32,000 nt of DNA from Cylindrospermopsis raciborskii Cr2010 (GTDB taxonomy: Bacteria > Cyanobacteriota > Cyanobacteriia > Cyanobacteriales > Nostocaceae), in contig NZ_CP065936.1 in the NCBI RefSeq assembly GCF_003367075.2, positions 3,060,001 to 3,092,000 of the forward strand, read 5' to 3'. The notes under the pieces were generated by a model. That model worked only from the letters and a program-made list of their open reading frames with translations. It was not told the DNA's origin and did not search any database. Made by a program: the position numbers and the translations under genes. This document shows positions 17,673 through 26,350 of this stretch, one piece after another; the first letter of the stretch is position 1, and each line of letters opens with the position of its first letter.

Positions 17673-17728
17673 GTCTGGTTAGGTAAACTTAGGGCTTGTT
17701 AGTTTGCTTTTTGTGAGTAGGTATAGCG

Positions 17729-17758
17729 TTGACAACTCAACAGTTGGCGTGATAAAAT
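17729..17758 (+). promoter_or_regulatory. Sigma70-type promoter candidate for the small membrane protein and kinase genes
   Basis: TTGACA at 17729-17734, then a 17/18-nt spacer, then ATAAAAT (TAAAAT at 17753-17758). It lies 40 nt upstream of ATG 17798. Motif match only. Confidence 0.4.
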
Positions 17759-17797
17759 ACCATCCACACTGAATCAGTATAGTAGAGTGAAGAAAAA

Positions 17798-18085
17798 ATG
17801 ACAGTTTGGTTGATATGCTTCTTATTATTATTTGCCATAGCGGAGGTATTCAGCTGGGCTTTTGACTGGTTGGGAGAGTTATCTCTACCCTTACCTATAC
17901 ACATTTTGGCAGGGTCAATTTTAGCCGTCGCTTCTAACTATGATAGGATACTAGCTCCTTATAACTATAATGGGGAATTTTGGTCAAGAACATCGAGAAT
18001 AGACAATACTACACCGGAGATAACCGTATCTCCAGCTGCAATTAACTACAATCTTTTAGATCAAGAAAATATTAACAATAACTAA
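17798..18085 (+). CDS. Hypothetical small membrane protein (95 aa)
   Basis: ATG-initiated ORF with two hydrophobic helices (WLICFLLLFAIAEVF and PIHILAGSILAVA) and a purine-rich stretch (gagtgaagaaaaa) before the ATG. No recognisable domain. Confidence 0.5.
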   Translation: MTVWLICFLLLFAIAEVFSWAFDWLGELSLPLPIHILAGSILAVASNYDRILAPYNYNGEFWSRTSRIDNTTPEITVSPAAINYNLLDQENINNN

Positions 18086-18143
18086 TCAGCACTAATTGCA
18101 AAAACTTCTTTGGTGAGCAAACAGTTTAGACCACCTGTTGAAT

Positions 18144-20408
18144 ATGATTGACCAACTGATCAGGAAAATGCGTATTGCCTCTGTTGCCAATAAAGTCTGT
18201 ACTAGTAAGAACACGAATAGACATATTAAGAAAAACTTAATTGCTAGGTCAAAAAGGGACTTGCATAATTTTTGGTCGGTTATTCTCGCCACCAGTATGG
18301 GAGTAACAGGTGTGATATGGGGGGTGAGCGAGATGAAATGGTTGCAAAGTATGGAGTTAGGTATTTATGACCGAATGTTGCGACTCCGCCATCGAGAACC
18401 CATAGATCGAAGACTTTTATTAGTGACAATTACAGAGGAAGATATAAAAAGGGAAAAATGGCCTCTATCAGATCAAACTGTAAATCAACTAATGAAAAAA
18501 TTGGCATCTTATCAACCAAGAGTAGTAGGGTTAAATATTTATCGTCCTCAACAAAAATATAAAGATTTAGGTAACAATGTAGCAGGATCAGGTCAGGTAA
18601 TTGCAACTTGTCTATTAAGTAATATTGGGAGGTCAGAAGTTCCTCCTCCTGGTAACATTCCCATAGATAATATCGGGTTTGATGATGTGGTTAGTGATAA
18701 TCAAGTGGATCAGGTGATTCGTCGGGGTTTATTATTTGCTGAACCCACGGAGAAAGACGAAAAATGCCAAACGGAATTTTCCTTTGGCACCTTATTAGCT
18801 ATTACATATTTAGATCGGCAGGGTATAGGATACACCTTCGGTCAAAATCAAGAATTGCAAATAGGTAAAGCCGTATTTCACCGCTTAGATAAAAATGCGG
18901 GAGGTTATCAACATGTAGATACAAATGGCTATCAAATTTTATTAAACTATCGTCATCCCCAGGATCTAGCCCAACAGGTTACACTCACACAAGTACTGAA
19001 AGGTAAAATTAAACCAAGTTGGATAAAAGATCGCCTAGTAATTATAGGTGCTACTGCTAGTAGCGTACATCCGGGATACTATACACCCTATAGCAGTTTA
19101 TCTGATCAAAGCCCCAGACTGTCCCGTATGATGATCCATGCCCAGGTGGCCAGTCAAATCATTAGTACAGCACTGGATGGTAGAGCTGTAATTAATTATT
19201 GGTCAGACTGGTTAGAATGGTTATGGATTTGGAGTTATGCAGTTATTGGTGCAATTTTGACCAGAAAATGGCATCATCCTATCCCCATAACAATAGCACT
19301 AATTATGGTCATTGGGTTCAGTTTAGCTATTGTAACTATTTTGTCTTGGCAAGCTATATGGATACCCTTTATTCGACCAGTCCTATGTTTGATCATTAGT
19401 AGTATTGTTGTAATTAGTTATACTAATTATCAAGTACAAAAACAGAACCAGATAATTCTGGACCAGGTGCAAAAACAACAGCAAGCAATTGAGGAAATGA
19501 GTTTGCTATGGGAGCAAAAAACCCAACTTCCCACCCACGTTGACCAGTTTGATTTTGTTGATGCGGTTACATCTGGAGATACGGATTTACTTTTAGCTGG
19601 ACGCTATCAGATCATGAGAAATCTGGCTTCAGGAGGTTTTGGCAGGACTTATTTAGTAGAAGATACTCAAAACCAAAACAAGGATCAGCATCATACCTGT
19701 GTGATTAAGCAATTAATGCCAGCCCGGAGAGATGACAAGTTTTTGCAGGTTGCTCGTAGACTATTTAACACTGAAGCGGAAATTTTAGCCATTGTAGGTC
19801 AACACCCGCAAATTCCCCAACTGTTGGGTTATTTTGAGGATAGACAGGAGTTTTATCTAGTTCAAGAGTATATAGTAGGTCATACTTTAAGTCAAGAGTT
19901 ACCTCCAGTAACGGGTGCTAAAAGCCAGAGTTTTGTTATTGCTATGTTACTAGAAATCTTAGAGATTTTATCTTTTATACATCAACACCATGTAATTCAC
20001 CGGGATATTAAACCTAGCAATATTATGCGACGCCATCAAGATAATCGTCTGTGTTTAATAGATTTTGGCGCAGTGAAATTAATTCAACCTCAAATTAATC
20101 CTGGCACTGAGTCAGCTACGGTTTCCATAGGTACAAGGGGGTATTCACCACCTGAGCAATTGGCTGGTCATCCCCGTTTATCTAGTGATATTTATGCTTT
20201 GGGTATGATTGGGATTCAAGCTATTACTGGAAATTTTCCCCAAGAATTGCCATTAGATCCCCAAACTGGCAATGTGGTTTGGCGGGACTTGGTTAATGTT
20301 AGTGACCACCTGGCAGATATTTTAGACAAAATGGTCTGTTATAATTTTGGCGATCGCTATTTTTCCACCACATCGGTGATTGAGGATTTAAGTCGCAACT
20401 TGTTTTAA
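18144..20408 (+). CDS. CHASE2 sensor domain-containing transmembrane Ser/Thr protein kinase
   Basis: The N-terminal part has a TM helix followed by a CHASE2-like extracytoplasmic region (LELGIYDRMLRLR...). Three TM helices sit around aa 355-430. The C-terminal Hanks kinase has LASGGFGRTYL, CVIKQL, HRDIKPSNIM, DFG and GTRGYSPPE. The start is ambiguous: TTG 18138, ATG 18144 or ATG 18168. Confidence 0.9.
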   Translation: MIDQLIRKMRIASVANKVCTSKNTNRHIKKNLIARSKRDLHNFWSVILATSMGVTGVIWGVSEMKWLQSMELGIYDRMLRLRHREPIDRRLLLVTITEEDIKREKWPLSDQTVNQLMKKLASYQPRVVGLNIYRPQQKYKDLGNNVAGSGQVIATCLLSNIGRSEVPPPGNIPIDNIGFDDVVSDNQVDQVIRRGLLFAEPTEKDEKCQTEFSFGTLLAITYLDRQGIGYTFGQNQELQIGKAVFHRLDKNAGGYQHVDTNGYQILLNYRHPQDLAQQVTLTQVLKGKIKPSWIKDRLVIIGATASSVHPGYYTPYSSLSDQSPRLSRMMIHAQVASQIISTALDGRAVINYWSDWLEWLWIWSYAVIGAILTRKWHHPIPITIALIMVIGFSLAIVTILSWQAIWIPFIRPVLCLIISSIVVISYTNYQVQKQNQIILDQVQKQQQAIEEMSLLWEQKTQLPTHVDQFDFVDAVTSGDTDLLLAGRYQIMRNLASGGFGRTYLVEDTQNQNKDQHHTCVIKQLMPARRDDKFLQVARRLFNTEAEILAIVGQHPQIPQLLGYFEDRQEFYLVQEYIVGHTLSQELPPVTGAKSQSFVIAMLLEILEILSFIHQHHVIHRDIKPSNIMRRHQDNRLCLIDFGAVKLIQPQINPGTESATVSIGTRGYSPPEQLAGHPRLSSDIYALGMIGIQAITGNFPQELPLDPQTGNVVWRDLVNVSDHLADILDKMVCYNFGDRYFSTTSVIEDLSRNLF

Positions 20409-20500
20409 TTCATTTGGTTACAACAAGAATCATCCAAATTCCCTAGCAATCATAACCTATAAACTGGTAGATTTGTGAAAGAAAATATTCCGAAAACCGC

Positions 20501-21384
20501 ATGAGATTGATGACACCGGGGTTGGCTTTCTTTTATGGTGGATTCGTGCGATCGCGTAATATCCTCAACACCTTAATGATGAGTTTTGTGTTGATGGCAA
20601 TTGTGGGGGTAACCTGGGTACTGTGGGGCTATAGTTTATCCTTTGCTCCTGGGTTACCTTTTATTGGGGGTTTACAGTGGTTTGGTCTAAATGGTGTAGG
20701 TTTGGAAACAACAGGATATCTAGCAGGTTCAGCACCACAGGAAGTAGTTTGCTACGCATCAACAATACCCCATCAAGCATACATGATCTATCAGGCCATG
20801 TTTGCAATTATTACTCCAGCCTTAATTTCTGGGGCGATCGCCGAAAGGATGAGTTTTCGGGCCTACTGTCTATTTGTGCTATTTGTGCTGCTGTGGTCGA
20901 CCTTTATTTACACACCTCTAGCTCATGCGGTATGGGACAAAGGTGGATTTTTAGGTTTATATGGTGGTTTAGGTGCATTAGATTTTGCTGGTGGTACTGT
21001 AGTACATATTAGTTCTGGGGTATCTGCTCTCGTAGCAGCGATTGTACTTGGCCCCCGAAAAAACCATCCCGATCGTCTCGCACCACCTCATAATGTCCCC
21101 TTTATTTTGTTGGGTGCAGGCTGGTTTGGTTTTAATGCTGGTAGTGCCCTATCCGCCGGCACTATTGCTACAGTTGCATTTGTTGCAACTAATACATCTG
21201 CTGCTGCAGGTGCGTTAATATAGCTTATGTTATAGCAGCTGTAGGAACATGGCTGATTTTAAAATTCATTTCAGCTACTGTAGGACTTCGGGTGCAAGAG
21301 GAAGCAGAAAACCAGGGACTGGATGTTCACGAACACGGAGAAGAAGGTTATAACTCTGAGTTCGGCGATCGCATTAACATTTAA
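20501..21384 (+). pseudogene. amt: Ammonium transporter (Amt/AmtB family) pseudogene: N-terminally truncated, internally deleted and frameshifted
   Basis: The 240-aa ORF begins at ...LMTPGLAFFYGG (end of TM1), and an in-frame TAG at 20468 blocks any N-terminal extension. It carries the DFAGGTVVHISSG and WFGFNAGSA motifs and ends at TAG 21221-21223 just after ATNTSAAAGAL. The Amt C-terminus (AYVIAAVGTWLILKFISATVGLRVQEEAENQGLDVHEHGEEGYN...) follows at 21223-21384 in a different frame. About 120-130 residues (roughly TM8-TM10) are absent compared with E. coli AmtB as I remember it. Confidence 0.8.
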
Positions 21385-21575
21385 CCACAGGGTAGGAGGG
21401 AAAAGGGAATCCCACCCACCTAACCCTTTCATCCATGTAACTCTTTTTTAAAAGTTTTGGCTAAAGCTATATATTTACAATTGCCAAATAATCAAATAAT
21501 ATAACTATTCAGGACTCAAAAATCAGCGGAAATTATAAGAAAATAAGAAGTATTAATTTTAGTAGACAGTAAAAA

Positions 21576-22781
21576 ATGGATACCAAAACTTTTAAACGTA
21601 CACTACAACACTCAGAAAACTACAATCGCAAAGGGTTTGGGCACAAAGAAGAAGTGTCTACACAGTTACAATCTGAGTATGAAAGTAGTCTAATTCAAGA
21701 AATACGCAATAGTAACTACACGATTAAAAAAGGCAATACTACTATCCGACTAGCTCAAGCCTTTGGATTTTGTTGGGGTGTGGAGCGCGCAGTAGCGATG
21801 GCATACGAAACTCGTCAACACTTTCCCACAGAAAGGATTTGGATCACCAATGAAATAATTCACAATCCCTCGGTTAATCAACGTATGCAAGAAATGGGAG
21901 TGGGATTTATCCCCGTAACTACTAATAAAAAAGATTTTTCAGTAGTTGAACAAGGGGATGTAGTTATTTTACCCGCCTTCGGTGCTAGTGTACAAGAAAT
22001 GCAAATCTTACATGACAAAGGTTGTCAAATTGTGGATACAACTTGTCCATGGGTTTCTAAAGTGTGGAACACAGTGGAAAAGCACAAAAAAGGTGAATTT
22101 ACCTCAATCATTCATGGCAAGTACAAGCACGAGGAAACAGTAGCGACTAGTTCCTTCGCTGGCAAATACCTAATTGTATTAAATTTACAAGAAGCCGAGT
22201 ATGTAAGCAACTATATCCTCCATGGTGGTAACCGGGAGGAATTTTTAACCAGGTTTGCCAAAGCCTATTCAGCGGGTTTTGACCCAGATAAAGACTTAGA
22301 GAAAGTAGGGATTGCCAACCAAACAACCATGCTCAAAGGAGAAACAGAGCAAATTGGCAAAATATTTGAAAAGACCATGATGCAAAAATATGGCACCTTA
22401 GCACTGAACGATCATTTTCAAAGTTTTAACACCATCTGTGATGCTACCCAAGAAAGACAAGATGCCATGTTAGAACTAGTTGAACATGAATTAGACCTGA
22501 TAATAGTAATTGGCGGGTTTAATTCATCAAATACTACCCAATTACAACAAATAGCTATTAACAGAAATATTCCTTCCTATCACATTGACAGTGTGGAGAG
22601 AATTAAACCTAGTAATGCAATTGAACATCGGCAATTAAACGGAGAAATAGCAACCACAAAAAACTGGCTACCTATAGGGGAAACAATTGTTGGCGTGACT
22701 TCTGGTGCTTCCACACCTGATAAGGTCGTAGAAGACATTATCGAGAAAATTTTTACCCTAAAGGCGTTCAACATCAACTGA
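21576..22781 (+). CDS. ispH: 4-hydroxy-3-methylbut-2-enyl diphosphate reductase (MEP pathway), long cyanobacterial/plant-type form
   Basis: 401-aa ORF. Contains [11 protein letters not shown] (Cys ligand), [10 protein letters not shown] and the ANQTTM and GGFNSSNT motifs characteristic of IspH/LytB. Confidence 0.95.
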   Translation: MDTKTFKRTLQHSENYNRKGFGHKEEVSTQLQSEYESSLIQEIRNSNYTIKKGNTTIRLAQAFGFCWGVERAVAMAYETRQHFPTERIWITNEIIHNPSVNQRMQEMGVGFIPVTTNKKDFSVVEQGDVVILPAFGASVQEMQILHDKGCQIVDTTCPWVSKVWNTVEKHKKGEFTSIIHGKYKHEETVATSSFAGKYLIVLNLQEAEYVSNYILHGGNREEFLTRFAKAYSAGFDPDKDLEKVGIANQTTMLKGETEQIGKIFEKTMMQKYGTLALNDHFQSFNTICDATQERQDAMLELVEHELDLIIVIGGFNSSNTTQLQQIAINRNIPSYHIDSVERIKPSNAIEHRQLNGEIATTKNWLPIGETIVGVTSGASTPDKVVEDIIEKIFTLKAFNIN

Positions 22782-22807
22782 TTTAAATGTTTTTTAATTT
22801 TTGTTTG

Positions 22808-22836
22808 CAGACGGATACAAATCCGTCTGTTTTGTT
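22808..22836 (+). terminator. Rho-independent terminator downstream of ispH
   Basis: Perfect 9-bp stem CAGACGGAT (22808-22816) / ATCCGTCTG (22821-22829) with a 4-nt loop ACAA, followed by TTTTGTT. It begins 27 nt after the ispH stop. Confidence 0.8.
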
Positions 22837-22871
22837 ACAGAATAAAAGTCAACTAATGTTTTCACCCTAAT

Positions 22872-23717
22872 ATGATGAGTTATATGAAACCCGACTGGAA
22901 AACCGTTAAACATTACGACGACATACTCTATGAAAAAATAGATGGTATTGCTAAGATAACCATCAATCGCCCCCATAAGCGCAATGCATTTCGTCCAGAA
23001 ACAATATTTGAAATATATGAAGCTTTTTGTGATGCTCGTGAGGATATAAATATTGGCGTAGTGCTACTAACAGGTGCAGGACCTCATACCGATGGTAAAT
23101 ATGCTTTTTGTTCCGGGGGAGACCAAAGCGTGAGGGGAGAAGGCGGTTATGTTGACCACACTGGAATTCCGCGCCTAAACGTGTTAGATCTACAACGTCT
23201 GATTCGTTCTCTACCTAAAGTAGTGATTGCTTTAGTAGCGGGATATGCTATTGGTGGAGGTCATGTTCTGCATCTAGTGTGCGATCTAACCATAGCAGCA
23301 GATAATGCGATTTTTGGGCAAACAGGACCGAAAGTAGGTAGCTTTGATGGTGGTTTTGGTGCTAGTTACCTAGCGCGAATAGTTGGACAGAAAAAAGCTC
23401 GGGAAATTTGGTTCCTCTGTCGTCAATACAATGCACAACAAGCCTTAGAAATGGGTTTAATTAATACCATTGTTCCGGTTCAGGATCTAGAAATGGAGGG
23501 AATAAACTGGGCTAAAGAAATTCTAGACAAAAGTCCTATTGCCATACGTTGTCTAAAAGCGGCATTTAACGCAGACTGCGATGGACAAGCTGGAATACAA
23601 GAGCTTGCTGGTAACGCCACTTTACTTTATTATATGACCACAGAAGCAGCAGAGGGTAAACAGGCATTTTTGCAAAAACGCCCCCCAAATTTTCGGGATT
23701 TCCCTTGGTTACCCTAG
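22872..23717 (+). CDS. menB: 1,4-dihydroxy-2-naphthoyl-CoA synthase (phylloquinone/menaquinone pathway, crotonase fold)
   Basis: 281-aa ORF with [39 protein letters not shown] and the C-terminal [14 protein letters not shown] typical of MenB. Alternative ATG starts at 22875 and 22884. Confidence 0.93.
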   Translation: MMSYMKPDWKTVKHYDDILYEKIDGIAKITINRPHKRNAFRPETIFEIYEAFCDAREDINIGVVLLTGAGPHTDGKYAFCSGGDQSVRGEGGYVDHTGIPRLNVLDLQRLIRSLPKVVIALVAGYAIGGGHVLHLVCDLTIAADNAIFGQTGPKVGSFDGGFGASYLARIVGQKKAREIWFLCRQYNAQQALEMGLINTIVPVQDLEMEGINWAKEILDKSPIAIRCLKAAFNADCDGQAGIQELAGNATLLYYMTTEAAEGKQAFLQKRPPNFRDFPWLP

Positions 23718-24037
23718 CGGGAACCGGGGAGAGTGGAAAAAGCAGTTTCCTCAATGCTTGTAATTTCTTGAACTTCTGGAACTGGGAGATTCTCAGTCCT
23801 AGTATCTAGATGACCGGGAACGGATAAAATTGGTAACATTGGTTTAGTCAGTGGTAAATTCCAACTTTCCTCCAAAGACTCCCATGTAGGTGCGAAAGCG
23901 GGAACAGCTAAAGAGCAGGCCTTCCAACAACCTTGTACGGGTGCGCTTAACTGACTACAAACACCACCTCTACGTCCTTCCGGTTGATAATGGCGACAGT
24001 ACCTACAAGCTGATGCTAACGGGTTGATTGGTTTCAT
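23714..24037 (-). CDS. Hypothetical small cysteine-rich protein (107 aa)
   Basis: ATG-initiated ORF. The N-terminal 45 aa carry 5 Cys, including a CxxC ([31 protein letters not shown]). Its stop overlaps the menB stop through a CTAG palindrome. No domain recognised. Coding status rests on ORF length and the Cys pattern only. Confidence 0.5.
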   Translation of the reverse strand: MKPINPLASACRYCRHYQPEGRRGGVCSQLSAPVQGCWKACSLAVPAFAPTWESLEESWNLPLTKPMLPILSVPGHLDTRTENLPVPEVQEITSIEETAFSTLPGSR

Positions 24038-24355
24038 AATCGTTACTCTTGACGGTGGTTGATAACTATTTCCAGTGGTATTTAATATTGTGATCCCAAG
24101 AGAAATAGACCAAAAAGCCGAGGAGTTATTATGTGTTGGGGGTTTTAGCTATTTTTACTGAAAAATAATTTTTATTATATTTTTATATTCTTGTTATATT
24201 TCTATATGATTGGTGAAGTAACCACATACTTGTTTTAGCTGAAAGCCATTGGGGATCAAGGACAAATATTAAACTTTGGATTATGTCAGGTTGTTAACTT
24301 AATACCTTATATTCGGCATTTTGGGGCGATCATTTAGTTAATATAGGTGTCAACA

Positions 24356-25411
24356 ATGAAATTGAACCGTCGTCAATTCCTCACCGTTTCGCTGGCCAGT
24401 CTAGCATCCTTTTCGCCACTGGGTTACAGCTTCCCTACCCTGGGAACCACTACTAATAGTACCATCAAACCACGAAGACTAAAAACTGGTAATGGCGTTG
24501 GTCTAATTAGTCCTGCTGGTGCAACCTTTTTACCAGAGGAGGTGGAAATAGTCCAGGATGCTGTTAAAGCATTGGGAATGACTCCCTATCTTGCTCCTAA
24601 TCTTTTAGCACGCTATGGCTATTTGGGGGGAACAGATCTACACAGAGCAGCTGATATCAATCAGTTTTTTGCTGATGGTAAAATCTCCATGTTATTACCA
24701 ATCCGTGGAGGTTGGGGTTGTGCCAGGATTTTGCCCTATTTGGACTACCAAGTAATTAGAAGAAATCCCAAAGTGTTAGTGGGCTTTAGCGACTTAACGG
24801 CATTAAATTTAGCAATTTATGCTAAAACTGGCTTAATCACCTTCCATGGTCCCAATGGTTTAACATCCTGGCGTGCTGAACAGGTAAATTGGTTTCGACG
24901 GGTTCTATTCGCCGGGGAAAAGCTTAATTTTGCCAATGAAGCAGACCCAGACGATAGGGGAAGGTTGATGAGGGTAAAAAACCGCATTCAAACCATTACC
25001 CATGGAAAAGCACGGGGGCGATTAATAGGAGGCAATCTTTCAGTGATTTCAGCCATGGTAGGATCCGCTTATTTGCCGAATTTTGCGGGGGCGATTTTAT
25101 TTGTGGAGGATGTGGGAGAGAGTATTTACCGTATAGACAGAATGTTAACACATCTGAAATTGGCAGGAATTTTACAAAATTTACGGGGGTTTATTTTTGG
25201 TCAGTGTACTAATTGTGCACCAGATGGAGGATATGGTTCCCTAACCCTAGAAGAAGTTGTCCGCGACCACATTCAATCTTTGGCAGTCCCCGCTTGTATG
25301 GGATTGCAAATTGGACATCTGGAAAATATTGTCACTTTGCCCATTGGTATCGAGGTGGAAATGGATGCTACCGATGGCACAATTGTTATGTTAGATTCCG
25401 CAGTTAATTGA
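24356..25411 (+). CDS. LD-carboxypeptidase (peptidase S66, muramoyl-tetrapeptide carboxypeptidase family) with Tat-like signal peptide
   Basis: The S66 nucleophile context VGFSDLTALN and the C-terminal GLQIGHL (His) are present. The N-terminus MKLNRRQFLTVSLASLASF matches the twin-arginine consensus. The ORF track starts at GTG 24347, and ATG 24356 is preferred. Confidence 0.85.
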   Translation: MKLNRRQFLTVSLASLASFSPLGYSFPTLGTTTNSTIKPRRLKTGNGVGLISPAGATFLPEEVEIVQDAVKALGMTPYLAPNLLARYGYLGGTDLHRAADINQFFADGKISMLLPIRGGWGCARILPYLDYQVIRRNPKVLVGFSDLTALNLAIYAKTGLITFHGPNGLTSWRAEQVNWFRRVLFAGEKLNFANEADPDDRGRLMRVKNRIQTITHGKARGRLIGGNLSVISAMVGSAYLPNFAGAILFVEDVGESIYRIDRMLTHLKLAGILQNLRGFIFGQCTNCAPDGGYGSLTLEEVVRDHIQSLAVPACMGLQIGHLENIVTLPIGIEVEMDATDGTIVMLDSAVN

Positions 25412-25467
25412 ACTACCGACAGTTGGTTTCCCTGTGAGTAGTTCAATACATCCAACAGGTCAAAGCA

Positions 25468-26247
25468 TCAACCAAATCGCCCCGCAACATAATCGCGGGT
25501 ACGCTCGTCTAGGGGACTACCAAATATTTGGGTTGTAGCACCAAATTCTACCATTTGTCCAATACGACTTTCATCTGTACTGAAGAAAGCTGTAAAGTCA
25601 GCAACCCGTGTCGCCTGTTGCATATTGTGGGTAACAATAGCTATGGTTAGTTCTGATCGCAAACTGTGGATTAGTTCCTCTACTTTTAGGGTAGCAATGG
25701 GATCTAATGCTGAACAGGGTTCATCCATTAATAAGACTTTGGGTTTTACTGCTAAAGCACGAGCAATACAGAGTCTTTGCTGCTGTCCACCAGAAAGTCC
25801 TAAAGCAGATGAGTTCAGTTTATCTTTTACCTCATTCCACAAAGCAGCTCCTTTAAGAGCAGATTCCACAATGTCATCTAATTGAAATTTTGGAGCCCCA
25901 CCAGAAATTCTTACCCCGTAAGCAACATTCTCGTAAATGCTCATGGGAAAAGGGTTTGGCTTCTGAAATACCATGCCAATTTCCCTTCTTAACCGATTAA
26001 TGTTAATCCGGGAATCGTAAATACTCTGCCCAAAAAATTCTACGCTCCCATCCACCTTGACTTTACCTTCTAATTCACTAATGCGATTTAGGGCTTTGAT
26101 AAACGTGGATTTGCCACAACCACTAGGACCTATTAGTGCGGTAACTCGATTCTTGTAAATATCTAAGGATATGTTCTCGATAGCTTTGTAGTTACCGTAG
26201 TAAAAACTGAGGTTTTTAATCTTGATAGCTGGAGTCAGATTAGTCAT
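25468..26247 (-). CDS. pstB: Phosphate ABC transporter ATP-binding protein
   Basis: 259 aa. Walker [10 protein letters not shown], signature LSGGQQQRL, Walker [12 protein letters not shown], and the PstB-typical C-terminus YVAGRFG. Last gene of the pstSCAB order. Confidence 0.95.
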   Translation of the reverse strand: MTNLTPAIKIKNLSFYYGNYKAIENISLDIYKNRVTALIGPSGCGKSTFIKALNRISELEGKVKVDGSVEFFGQSIYDSRININRLRREIGMVFQKPNPFPMSIYENVAYGVRISGGAPKFQLDDIVESALKGAALWNEVKDKLNSSALGLSGGQQQRLCIARALAVKPKVLLMDEPCSALDPIATLKVEELIHSLRSELTIAIVTHNMQQATRVADFTAFFSTDESRIGQMVEFGATTQIFGSPLDERTRDYVAGRFG

Positions 26248-26350
26248 TTTAGATTATCTCCCATACTGAATTCTTTGTTTTCGCGAACCATGACACGCCT
26301 TACAATCATTAGATATCTCACAGACCTTTCCAAATCACTCACAAACTTCA

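Larger units (their letters stand above)
3711..17681 (+). repeat. Tandem gene array: nine head-to-tail units (periods 1590, 1627 and 1581-1602 bp) of a DUF1703-type ATPase-nuclease gene plus short spacer
   Basis: Direct reading of the sequence. Homology to the repeat unit starts about 40 nt upstream of copy 1, immediately after the pyk stop at 3706-3708. It ends 9 nt after the copy-9 stop, where gtctggtta is followed by unique sequence at 17682. Copies start at 3753, 4909, 6514, 8104, 9716, 11343, 12939, 14529 and 16119. Confidence 0.95.

Noticed and set aside
3711-17681. Possibility that the periodic repeats are a CRISPR array, an IS/transposon cluster, a shufflon or a diversity-generating retroelement
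   Set aside because: The repeat period is about 1.6 kb of continuous coding sequence, not 25-40-bp repeats with spacers. I saw no transposase, integrase or invertase, no reverse transcriptase, no terminal inverted repeats and no inverted cassette copies. All units are direct and on one strand. Variation is block exchange between homologous copies, which fits homologous recombination and gene conversion.
17673-17720. Possible terminator after the last array gene (AAACT...AGTTT followed by GCTTTTT)
   Set aside because: The stem is only 5 bp with an 11-nt loop, too weak to call without an energy calculation.
20677-21012. 111-aa alternative-frame ORF inside the amt remnant, and 66-aa ORF 19199-19399 inside the kinase gene
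   Set aside because: They are out of frame with recognisable Amt and kinase protein sequence and have no motifs of their own.
22794-22976. 60-aa minus-strand ORF spanning the ispH-menB intergenic region
   Set aside because: It runs through the strong ispH terminator hairpin and into the menB start region, and it has no supporting features.
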